Below, one piece after another: positions 50,137 to 61,899 of a stretch of DNA of 64,000 nucleotides. The DNA lies in assembly GCF_039654945.1 (NCBI RefSeq), contig NW_027361690.1, positions 96,782,001 to 96,846,000 on the forward strand, in the 5' to 3' direction. Both the position numbers and the translations under genes were made by a program. This DNA comes from Dendrobates tinctorius. Its lineage: Eukaryota. The notes beneath the pieces were generated by a model. That model ran no database searches. It was given only the letters and a program-made list of their open reading frames with translations, and was not told the DNA's origin. The first letter of the stretch is position 1, and each line of letters begins with the position of its first letter.

Positions 50137-50593
50137 TGTGTCCCTATCCTGGTATATGCTCCCCCATCCTGGTATATATCCTCCATCCTGTCGGCGCTGC
50201 CGTTGTTCGATCCATAGAAAAAAAAACCAATTAACTCCCTTACCTTTTCCCCTCCCCCATTGCAACAAGTTGTTGTCTTCTGAAGCCAGCAGCTGGCTTC
50301 AGCGTCCAAGCGACAGAAGTGCATGACATCACTACTATTGACCTAGTCACGTGCACAGCAACGTCATCTGCTGGTCTCTAATTGCCTGGCAGCGTGTATT
50401 GCGGCACTCAGATAGGCAAGTTGGTGCGCTTCAGTACACTTCAGCTGCATGTGCATCCGAGGCCACACATCCTGCTGAAGTAGGTGATAGTACTGACAGC
50501 ATCCGCACTACGGTGCCATTTTAGTAAAGACAATCTTCAATAAAATGGCAACGTATTGTGGTTTGCACATGTGCTGACTACGACAGCACACTG

Positions 50594-51650
50594 TGTTAAG
50601 GGCTTGCGGAACGCACCAAATAATAAAGATGGAATAAGGTGCGTTCACAGCCCGGGACCCACCATGCAGAGATGGTAAACTGCTGCTCGGAAATGGCGGA
50701 GGTTATACGGCAGACAATAAATGAACACACGCGGGTTAGCGTCACCCGGTGTGTACAGATGCGAGTTCTGTTACTTCTCGGAACTGCAGTGCTGCACAAG
50801 TAAATGCCGAAGCCTGTTAAGCTCACAGGACTTGGCTAGATGAGCACAAGAGTACGGACACCGGTCTCTGTCCCAATGACACGGGATTAGAGTCCTTCCA
50901 GTCCACTAGCGCTCGGCGCCATTGCAGTGGTGCCAGCACAGGACAATAATCCCAGATAAGCGTGCAGGTGTGCACAGAGCCGCTCAGGCAGACGCCTCTA
51001 ATCGCCCCGGGTTGGGCCAGATAAGTTGCGTAAGGCGCTGCACAGTTGGTAGCTGCCACCTGCCGCGGTACGATAGTGCCCTGCTGAGGGCGACACTATC
51101 GGACGCTAGTGTGTGCAGAGTACTAGGAGCACAGTGGCGTGAGCATAACCACCCATTGGCGCTGACTATAACTCTGAATCCCTAACCAACATGCGTATCC
51201 AAGGAAGGGGAGTTTTAATGAGTCAATCACCAGATACATGCATCCATCATCATACGCACACATAAGCATAAGAGTCTATACTAACGCATTGCCCTGCGGC
51301 CATGCAACTCTTTTATAGCAGCGTCCTTCCGGGACATTCCTAGTGGCCCAATGGAAGCAGCAATAGGACTTGAGCATTTGATCTCAGACCTCCAATGAGA
51401 GGACTTCCCACGGGCATGCTCAATTGACCGAAAGAAGGACTTAGTCCCAGGAGCTGCTGGCTATTGCAGGTTACTATAGCTGAACCATGATTAGCAGCAG
51501 TAACCAAGCCAACAGTAGTAGACTGAGCAAGTCGCCAGGAACGACGCCTTTGCTGAGCAGGCTCCTCTGCTTGCCGGAGAGGAATGGGAGACCACAGACA
51601 GCAAGGCTCTGGTTTCCTCCTGTGCAGAGGCAGGAACCAGACACCTAACA
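50594..51650. repeat. Solo LTR (1057 bp)
   Basis: TGTTA...TAACA with CACTG TSD (50589-50593, 51651-51655). Confidence 0.87.
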
Positions 51651-51914
51651 CACTGCCTAGGTGTTGAGGATTCGGAAAGTAGGACACATCTCCTGTCATT
51701 ATAGATTTTACATTAAAAAAAAAAGTCCGGCCTCCTCCACCCCTTAATAGCCAGCCATCAATTGCCTTATTTCCCTGTCGCACATAACAGTACTATTAAG
51801 TATCATGTAAGTGAGGGAAAATAAAATCGCAATCATCGGAACTCACAAGTAAATGTAGTATTTTTATTATGTTATGAAGTATATACACGGTGTTACATGA
51901 TATATATATAGTAT

Positions 51915-52549
51915 CACAGGACATGCGGTTCCTAGTACAGAATCCCATTCGATATGCTGGAAAAACCTATGGGCTCTGATGTTTCCATTTACTCCTAGGC
52001 GCATGGCACGATCTTGCAGGAGGAACTGCAAATGAAACAAATTTTATTTAGTGACTAGAACTACTGTTGAACCACAAGATCTCCAACTGCTGATTATTGT
52101 TAACTGAAGATAAGTGACCGACAAACAATTAATGGATAAGAAGACTATGAAGTGGTAGGATACAAGCAACTTAGGTGGACAAGGAAGACACTTGGAATTT
52201 AAGCTATTATAGTAGGTGGTTATTCCCAAAATACTGTTCTAGATGAGAACAAACTATTTCACGGAGTTAAATACTCACTTTTTGATGATATTCTTCGCCT
52301 CCATACTGGAGACTTTAAATAGTCCTTGATGTTATTTGGACTTGCTGGTAATCTTGATGTTTAAATTGATGCCAGTTGCCTCCAGCATCATACTACTCCT
52401 CAGCCATCATCTCAGGAGCAATGAAGCCAGGAGTTCCAACATGTCCAGTCGCTGTCTGGTCTCCATAGATGTTCTCTAATGCCAGACTGAAGTCTGCAAT
52501 CTTTATATGACCTGTTTCAGCCACCAAGTTGTTAGAAGGCTTGAGATCT
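51915..52549 (-). pseudogene. PKC-delta-like kinase exons, copy 4 (VIb-X 52279-52549; XI ~51915-52025)
   Basis: Acceptor AG>CG, DFG>DFS, indels; paralogous introns. Confidence 0.88.
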
Positions 52550-54850
52550 CGGTAAAATAAAGAAAGTAATTAGTTGGCTTATGAAATATTACTTTACTTC
52601 AAATGTTACAATGTCACATTGTAGACACAACCTTTTAGATCAAGTCGTCTAGTTTACACAAGAATTGGGAGGTTTCACATCAGATGTCCGTTGATATCAC
52701 ACTGCACCATTACGTCACTAGTAAGGAGATTGTTTTTCACCATTAAAGAGGTTTTTGCACCAAATACATCTAGCACCTTTATACAAGGTAGATGAAAAAT
52801 GTATGATCCCAAGAGGTTCAACTATTGGCTCAACCAAAGATCCAGAGAATGAGGGTCTTAACGTCTTCTGTGTCAACAGAATGGTGGTGTAAATAAGCAG
52901 TTGGTCCACATGCTCGACCACTATTCCATGGAATCCTGTTGGACTGACAAGTCATTTTTTTCAGTCCCATAGAAGTAACTGTAGTGGTGGTAGAGCATGC
53001 ACACAAGTCAATATTTACACAGGCTTTTGGACTCAGGAGGAATTCCCAACAATCGGACCCACAGAGATCACTGTCACATTTGGAGAGCCCCTGATGTGCC
53101 TAAACAGTCGAAAACCCCCCATAAGTAACCCCATTTTGGAAACTAGACCCCCCCCAAGGAACTTATCTAGATATGTGGTACGAAATTTGAACCCCCAAGG
53201 GCTTCACAGAAGTTTTTAACGTACAGCCATACAATTAAAAAAATCATATTTTTCCAAAAAAATGATCTTTTCACCCCCAATTTTTATTTTCCCAAGGGTA
53301 ACAGGACGTCAAAAGTTATTGTGCAATTTGTCCTAAGTATGCTGATACCCCATATGTGAGGGTAAACGACTATCTGGGTGCATGGCAGAGCTTGGAAGGG
53401 AAGCAGCGCCATTTGACTTTTTTGGAGGAATTGAGATCGGACGCCATGTCACTTTTGGAGAGCCCCTGATGTGCCAAAACTGTGGAAACCCCCCACAAAT
53501 TACACCATTTTGGAAACTAGACCCCCCAAGGAACTTATCTAGATTTTTGGTGAGAACTTTGAACCCCCAAGTGCTTCACAGAAGTTTATAACGCCCGGGC
53601 ATGAAAATAAAAGGAATCATATTTTTTCCACAAACATGATCTTTCAGTCCCCAATTTTTTTATTTTCCCAGGGGTAACAGGAGAAATTGGACCCCAAAAG
53701 TTGTCCAATTTGTCCTGAGTATGCTGATGCCCCATATGTGGGAGAAAACTACCGTATGGGCACACGTCAGGGCTTGGATGGGAAGTAGTGACGTTTTGGA
53801 ATGCAGACTTTGATGGAATGGTCTGCGGGTGTCATGTCACATTTGGAGAGCCTCTGATGTGCCTAAACTGTTTAAACCCCCCACAAGTATCCCATTTTGG
53901 AAACTAGACCCCCCAATGAACTTATCTAGATGTGTGGTGAGCACTTTGAACCCCCAAGTGCTTCACAGAAGTTAACAACGTAGAGCCATAAAATAAAAAT
54001 ATCATTTTTTTCCACAAAAATATTTTTGCCCCCAATTTTTTATTTTCCAAAGGGTAACAGGAGAAATTGGACCCCAAAAGTTGTTGTGCAATTTGTCCTG
54101 AGTAGGCTGATACCCCATATGTGGGGGTAAACCACTGTTTGGTTGCATGGCAGAGCTTGGAAGGGAAGGAGCACCGTTTGACTTTTTCAACGCAGAATTG
54201 GCTGGAATTGAGATCAGACGCCGTTGCGTTTGGAGAGCACCTGATGTGCCTAAACAGTGCAAACCCCCTAATTCTAACTCCAACGATAACCCCAACACAC
54301 CCCTAACCCTAATCTCAGCCCTAACCCTAGCCCTTTCCCTAACCCTAGCCCTAATGGGAAAATGGAAATAAATTCATTTTTATTTATTTATTATTTTTCC
54401 CTAACTAAGGGGGTGATAAAGAGGGGTTGGATTTACTATTCTTAGCGGGTTTTTATGTTTGGCAGCTGTCATACGCTAAAAGGCTCACATCTGATTGCGC
54501 TTAGCAGCACATATATTTAGCACCATGGGTCTGCTCCAGACGTAGTCGGCTCTATCAATTTCAAAGTACTTTTTCTAAGTACTGTTGAATTAGACTAGAA
54601 TTGGACTGGAATTGACTGTAAGGTAACGGACTATAACACCACAACAATGTTTCGCCTTCTTTTTACTATCACCCCCATACTACTCTATTTCTCCCTAACT
54701 CCTGCAATCCCCCTCCTAGTAAGGAACTATTCATCTCCCCCTCCATTCTCCCCAGCCACCTAACCTTCTCCTCACAACTTCCTCCCCATACAATCCATTT
54801 TCTCCAGACATGCACGGCCACATCATGTCCTATCCTCCTCCCACCTTCTA

Positions 54851-54904
54851 ATGCTCTGTCTACTACTCCTCATTGCTGGCGACATATCCCCAAATCCTGG
54901 CCCC
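54851..54904 (+). other. 2A-like (StopGo) peptide upstream of L2 endonuclease
   Basis: LLLLIAGDISPNPGP. Confidence 0.75.
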
Positions 54905-57019
54905 CCTCAACACATCCCTACACTCACTTCTACCACCCTGCCACGATCCTCTACACGTCTTCGCAACCATGACAACCTCATACCTATTCATCCAGCCCCC
55001 ACTCCCCCAACCCCCTTACCTGGAGCCCTATGGAACGCACGCTCTGTCTGCAACAAGCTGTCATTTATTCATGACCTCTTTATCACCAAACTCTCCTTCC
55101 TCGCCATCACTGAAACCTGGCTCACTCCCTCTGACACAGCCTCTCCAGCTGCGCTCTCCTATGGCAGACTCCATCTCTCTCACACCCCTCGCCCCAGCAA
55201 TAAACGTGGTGGAGGAGTTGGCTTGCTCCTGTCTGATACTTGCTCCTTTACCCCAATTCCTCTGCCACCCTCCGCTACTCTTCCCTCGTTCGAGGTGCAC
55301 TCTGTCCGCATCCATTCCCCCTCCAACCTCCAACTGGCTGTCATCTACCGCCCCCCAGAACTAGCCATGTCCACCTTTCTCGACCACTTCACCACCTGGC
55401 TACTCCATTTCCTTTCTGCTGACATCCCCACCATCATCATGGGCAACTTCAACATCCCTATTGACACTTCCACCCCGACTGCCTCTAAACTTCTATCGCT
55501 TCTTCACCCGTCTCTGTTCCCTCACTTATCTCAATAACTCACCCCTCCCCCTGTCTGACCACAACCTACTGACATTCTCTTCCCTCTCCTCTCCTACTGC
55601 GCAACCCCCACTCCATAATCTCACTCACCCTCACAGGAATCTCAAACACCTCAATTTACAATCACTCTCTGAATCCCTTCTCCCTCTTACAGACATAGCT
55701 TCCCTTCATGACACAGATGCTGCTGCCACTTTTTATAACACCACAATAACAGCAACACTTGATTCGGCTGCCCCCCTCATGCAGAGCAAAACTCGAACAA
55801 TCAACAGGCAGCCCTGGCTGACCAGCCTGACCAAAGAACTGCGACGGGTTTCTAGGGCCGCTGAGCGGAGATGGAAGAGAACCCATTCTACTGAGCACTT
55901 CAATGCATACAAGCAGTCCCTTGCCAGCTTTAAGTCCACGCTCTCTGCCGAAAAACAAACTTACTTCGCATCTCTCATATCCTCCCTATCTCATAACCCT
56001 AAACAGCTCTTCAACACTTTCAATTCTCTACTCCATCCCACAGCACCTCCTCCCCCTCCTCTCATCTCTGCTGAAGACTTTGCCTCCTTCTTTAAGCAGA
56101 AGATCGACACGATCAGACAAAACTTTGGTCCGCAGCCACCAACGCCCCTCTTAGCCACTCAGCCCTGTTCTGCAAAAGCCATCTTCTCCACCATGACAGA
56201 AGATCAGCTCTCCACCCATCTGTCAAGATCACACCTCACCACTTGTGCCCTCGACCCACTCCCGTCTCACCTCATCCCTAACTTGGCCACAGTCCTCATC
56301 CCATCTCTAACACCCCTTTTCAACCTTTCACTTACAAATGGTGTCTTTCCCTCATCCTTCATACAGTACATGCCTCAATCACACCCATCCTCAAAAAGCC
56401 CTCCCTTGACCCATCCTCTGTGTCTAACTATCGCCCAATATCTCTTCTCCCTTATGCCTCAAAACTACTGGAACAGCATGTATATCTTGAACTGTCCTCC
56501 CACCTCTCCTCCTGTTCCCTCTTTGACCGGTTACAATCTGGCTTCCGACCGCATCACTCAACTGAAACTGCCCTAAGTCACTAACGACTTACTAACCGCC
56601 AAGAGCAAGCGACACTACTCTGTCCTCCTTCTCCTGGACCTGTCCTCTGCCTTCGACACTGTAGACCATTCCCTCCTGCTACAGATTCTCTCATCTCTTG
56701 GCATCACAGACTTGGCCCTATCCTGGATCTCATCATACCTAACGGACCGAACATTCACTGTCTGCCTCTCACACACACCTCTTCACCTCACCCCCTGTCT
56801 GTCGATGTTCCACAAGGCTCTGTCCTAGGACCCCTACTATTCTCCATCTATACCTTCGGCTTGGGACAGCTCATAGAATCCCACGGTTTGCAGTATCACC
56901 TCTATGCCGATGACACGCAGATCTACCTATCTGGACCCGACCTCGCCTCCATACTGACTGAAATCCCACAATGTCTGTCTGCTATCTCAGCCTTCTTCTC
57001 TGCTCGCTTTCTTAAACTG

Positions 57020-57672
57020 TAGATATGGAAGATGGCTCGCACTCGGCTAGTGTAATGAATAAACGGTGCCAGTGAAAGGGAGCCTCTGGTCCCGTAAATG
57101 TAAAGTCAATATAGAATCACTGCACACGTAAATTATGCTAAAGTGAGCTTTTTATTATTTAATTGACGGTGATGAAGCGACAGCTGACGTTTCGGCCTAA
57201 CAACGGCCTTTATCACATAGTCGCCCTTTTGAAGTAGAGTTTTGGTAGTCACCGATTGATAGTTTATCACTGCTAGGCAATATTTCAAAAAAATGCGGAT
57301 TATCCAATATAGCCAATAGTCCACGTGCTAGAGGAGCAGAGATCCTGTTGGTATGGCAACTGCTGAGGCACGGCGGTGCCTGCATCCCCCCACTGCGCCA
57401 CCAATGTTTTTTTGCCATACCAACAGGATCTCTGCTCCTCTAGCACCTGGACTATTGGCTATATTGGATAATCCGCATTTTTTTGAAATATTGCCTAGCA
57501 GTGATAAACTATCAACCGGTGACTACCAAAACTCTACTTCAAAAGGGCGACTATGTGATAAAGGCCGTTGTTAGGCCGAAACGTCAGCTGTCGCTTCATC
57601 ATCGTCAATTAAATAATAAAAAGCTCACTTTAGCATAATTTACGTGTGCAGTGATTCTATATTGACTTTACA
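57020..57672. mobile_element. 653-bp Penelope-type hairpin insertion with 261-bp inverted arms
   Basis: 13-bp TSD CTTTCTTAAACTG (57007-57019, 57673-57685); arms 57099-57359 and 57412-57672; hammerhead-like core in each arm. Confidence 0.85.
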
Positions 57673-58881
57673 CTTTCTTAAACTGAACATGGACAAAACA
57701 GAATTTATCATCTTTCCCCCATCTCACTCTACCCCTCCACCAGACCTATCCATCAATGTCAACGGCTGCTCTCTTTCCCCAGTCCCGCAAGCTCGGTGCC
57801 TTGGGGTGATCCTCGACTCTGCGCTCTCTTTCAAACCACATATCCAAGTCCTCGCCTCCTTCTGCCGCCTCAAACTCAAAAATATTTCCCGGATCCGCTC
57901 ACTCATTCCTCAACCACGAAACGACAAAAACACTAGTGCACGCTCTTATCGTCTCCCGCCTCGACTACTGCAACCTCCTACTCTCTGGCCTCCCCTCTAG
58001 CACTCTGGCACCGCTCCAGTCCATCCTACACTCTGCTGCCCGACTAATCCACCTGTCTCCCCGCCACTCCCCAGCCTCCCCCCTATGCCAGGCCCTTCAC
58101 TGGCTTCCTATCGCCCAGAGGATCCAATTCAAAACCCTAACCATGACATACAAAGACATCCACAACCTGTCTCCTCCATACATCTGTGACATGGTCTCTA
58201 GATACCTACCCGCACGCAACCTTCGATCATCTCAAGATCTCCTTCTCTACTCTCCCCTTATCTCCTCTTCCCACAACCGCATACAAGACTTCTCCCGTGC
58301 TTCCCCCATACTCTGGAACTCCCTACCGCAACACATCAGACTCTCACCATGAACGGAAACCTTCAAGAAGAACCTAAAGACCCACCTGTTCCGACAAGCC
58401 TACAACCAGGAAAGATCCTAGGTCTACTGAACCACCACACGACCTGCTCTACCCCCTCCTACTGTATCCTCTCCCATCCCTATAGACTGTGAGCCCTCGC
58501 AGGCAGGGTCCCCTCTCCTTATGTACTTGTGCGTCTCTTGTCTTACACTTGTTTATTATTCTTGTATGTATTACACTTTTCTATAATTCCCCTTTTGACA
58601 TGTAACGCGCCATGGAATAAATGGCGCTATATAAATGCATAATAATAATAATAATAATAATAAAAGACGCTTTTTATTGTAAAAATAGTTTTTCCATCAC
58701 CACATTTTGAGAGCTATAATTTTAACATATTTTAACCCACCGATTCATGTGAGGTCTTATTTTTTGCGGGACGAGTTGATGTTTTTATTGGTACCATTTT
58801 CGGGCACGTGACATTTTTTGATTGCTTTTTATTCCGATTTTTGGGACACAGAATGAACAAAAACCAGCATTTCATTAATTA

Positions 58882-60096
58882 ATACTCCCACACTACCTCC
58901 TCATCCCACCCTCTCTCTGTTGAGTCCCCCAAGGCTCTGTTCTCGGACCCCTACTCTTCTCAATTTATACCCTTGGCCTGGGTCAACTCATAAAGTCCCA
59001 TGGATTCCAGTACCACCTTTATGCTGATGACACTCAGATCTACATCTCTGGCCCAGATGTCACCTCTCTGCTGTCCAGAATCCCGGAGTGTCTATCATCT
59101 ATATCTTCCTCCTCTCGCTTCCTCAAGCTCAATGTGGACAAATCTGAACTCATCATCTTTCCTCCATTTCACAGATCTTCCTTACCTGACCTATCTTTCA
59201 CAATTAATAACATCATGCTTTCCCCAGTACCGGAAGTCCGCTGTCTCAGAGTAACCCTTGATTCTGCCCTGTCCTTCAAACCGCACATCCAAGCTCTTTC
59301 TATCTCCTGTCGACGCCAGCTCAAAAATATTTCCAGAATCCGTCCTTTCCTCCACCCTCAATCTACTAAAATGCTTGTGCACGCCCTCATCATCTCCTGC
59401 CTCGACTACTGCAACATGATTTTCTGTGGTCTCCCTGCGAACACCCTCGCACCTCTCCAGTCCATCCTTAACTCTGCTGCCCGACTAATTCATCTCTCCT
59501 CGCTACTCCTCCGCTTCTCCCCTCTGCAAATCTCTTCACTGGCTTCCATTCCCTCAGTATATCCAGTTCAAATTTCTAATACTGACCTACAAGTCCATTT
59601 TTAACCTGTCTCCTCCTTATGTGTCTGAACTAATCTCCCGATACCTTCCCTCACGTAATCTACGGTCATCCCAAGACCTCCTTCTCTCCTCCACACTTAT
59701 TCACTCCTCACCCAACCGCCTCCAAGACTTCTCCCGAATAGCCTCCATCCTCTGGAATTCTTTGCCCCAACATGTCTGACTATCAACCACATTCGGATCC
59801 TTCAGGCGGAACCTGAAAATCCACCTCTTCAAGAAAGCCTGCAATGACCCCGCTACCTCCTCACCATTACTGGAGATATCACCTCAACCAACATCGGAAC
59901 TGCTACAACCCACCAACCTACTGTCTCCTTCCCCACCATCCTGTAGCATGTAAGCCCGAAAGTGCAAGGTCCTCTCCCCTCTGTATAAGTCTGTCATTGT
60001 AAGTTTGTTTACTGTAAGTGATATCTGTAATTTGTATGTAACCCCTTCTTATGTACAGCACCATGGAATAAATGGTGCTATATAAATAATAATAAT
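58882..60096 (+). mobile_element. 5'-truncated L2 LINE (second subfamily)
   Basis: [28 protein letters not shown]; (AAT)n tail. Confidence 0.92.
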
Positions 60097-61159
60097 TTAT
60101 TTTGGGGGTGCGTTTACATCGTTCCGCGTGTGGTAAAATTGATAAAACGGTTTTATTCTTCGGGTCAATAGGATCACAGCGCTACCTCATTTATGTCATT
60201 ATTTTATGTTTTGGCGCTTTTATGCAATGAAAACAATTTTATATAAAAAATATTTATTTTTGTATCGCTTTATTTTGCGAGCCATAACTTTTTAATTTTT
60301 TTGCTGATGACGCTGTGTGGCAGCTCGTTTTTTTGCGTGACAAGATGACGTTTTCAGTGGTACCATTGTTATTTATATCCGTCTTTTTGATTGCGCGTTA
60401 TTGCACTTTGTTCGACGGTATGATGATAAAACATTGTTTTTTATGAGGTTCACTAAAGGGGTTAACTAGTGGGACAGTTTTATAGGAAGGGTCGTTACGG
60501 ATGCGGCGATACTAAATATGTGTACTTTTATTGATTGTTTTTTTATTTCCAAAAAATGAATTAGGGTTTTTTTTTTTTTGGGGGGATTTTTTATTAATTA
60601 TTTTTACACTTTTTTTAACTTTATTTTATTGTCCCGGGGGGGGACATCACTGTAATGTGTCAGATCGCTGATCTTACACATTACGCAGCGCTGTGTCAGA
60701 TCAGCGATCTGACAGGCGCTGCTGCAGGTTTCCTTGTGCCTGCTCTCTGCAGGCACAGAGGAAGCCGCCTCCCTGTGAAGGCCCCCGCGGCCATCTTGGA
60801 TCCAGTGGCCTGCAGGGAAGGAGGCCCTCAGAGCAGCGCAGCACATCGCGCTGCTCTGGAGGTCTCAGGAAAGCACGGAGGGAGCGCCCTCCCTGCCGAT
60901 GCCTCCCTATTCCCCTGGTACACTGCGATCATGCTTGATTGCAGTGTGCCAGGTGTTAACGTGCCGGGGGCGGTCCGTGACCGCCCCGTCACATAGTGCC
61001 GAGTGTCAGCTGTGATAATCAGCTGACACCCAGCGGCGATCAGCGGCCCCCCCTGGGAGCGCCGCTGATCGCTTAGACGTACTATCCCGTCCCCAGTCAT
61101 AGGGGCACGGGTACCGTGGACGGGATAGTACTGTATTTCTCATGTCAGAAAGTGGTTAA

Positions 61160-61885
61160 AACTAATAAGCTCAACTTTAAGTTGAATAATATCGACTTCA
61201 GCTACAGTCTTCAAAGCCTCGGACGTAATGTCAGTATAGCTCATTTGGTCAAACTGTCTGGGGTCAAAGTACGCTAGATCTTGGATCAGGTTTTTGCTTT
61301 TTGAGAATTTTCTTTCAATGCTCATTGTTGCCTGGTCAGTGACGACATAAAAACCTGATGCTGAAAACTTTTCAGGGGGTCAGAAGAAAGCTCATCCTTT
61401 GCTAACTCACCAGGCATTGTCTTTTTTTCTAGCTATTTTCTGTGATAATAACGCTTTTTCAACAATGATATTTAGTGAGTGTTCGTCAAGTGTGGAATCC
61501 ATCTTTTCAATAAATGAATTGACTGTTTTAATAAGGTCTGAGAAGGTATCCCTGAGCCTAAGGATCTGGCTTTTGGCAATTTCGATCATGCGCCATGCCT
61601 GTAAAACATCCAGTCTACATGTCTGTAGGTAGTCTGAAATGGGAGTAGCAATTTCAAAAATTTTAATATACAAAAATGAGATAAGCAAGGTTTCATACTT
61701 TGTCCAGCAATGAAGTAGGTTATTTGCTTCAGTTATTGCTTTGTCATCAAAAGTTGGGCATACTGAAATGCAATTTAAGCAGTACAATAGTGTGCTGTAG
61801 AGTTGCTTTGATTGGTCATGGAAGGATCCAAAGATTGTATGTAGGGCCCTTGGTTTGCTCCACCAGCGAGTGTCACCAACTAACA
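61160..61885 (-). pseudogene. hAT-superfamily transposase fragment
   Basis: GDTRWWSK, PISDYLQT, FDPRQF. Confidence 0.7.
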
Positions 61886-61899
61886 AGTATAATGTGAAC

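Larger units (their letters stand above)
54483..58662 (+). mobile_element. L2-clade LINE, apparently near full length, frameshifted APE-RT ORF, (AAT)n tail
   Basis: [60 protein letters not shown]; 3' GCGCCAT..ATGGCGC stem-loop. Confidence 0.94.
53072..61155 (-). mobile_element. piggyBac-type element F, one end missing, interrupted by two L2 LINEs
   Basis: Colinear with E; ends AAAGTGG|TTAA at 61155. Confidence 0.82.

Noticed and set aside
52680-53070. Unassigned segment upstream of kinase copy 4
   Set aside because: No exon, repeat boundary or motif I can support; probably intron or old repeat
57133-57574. Two near-identical ORFs on opposite strands
   Set aside because: Consequence of the inverted repeat; no protein motifs
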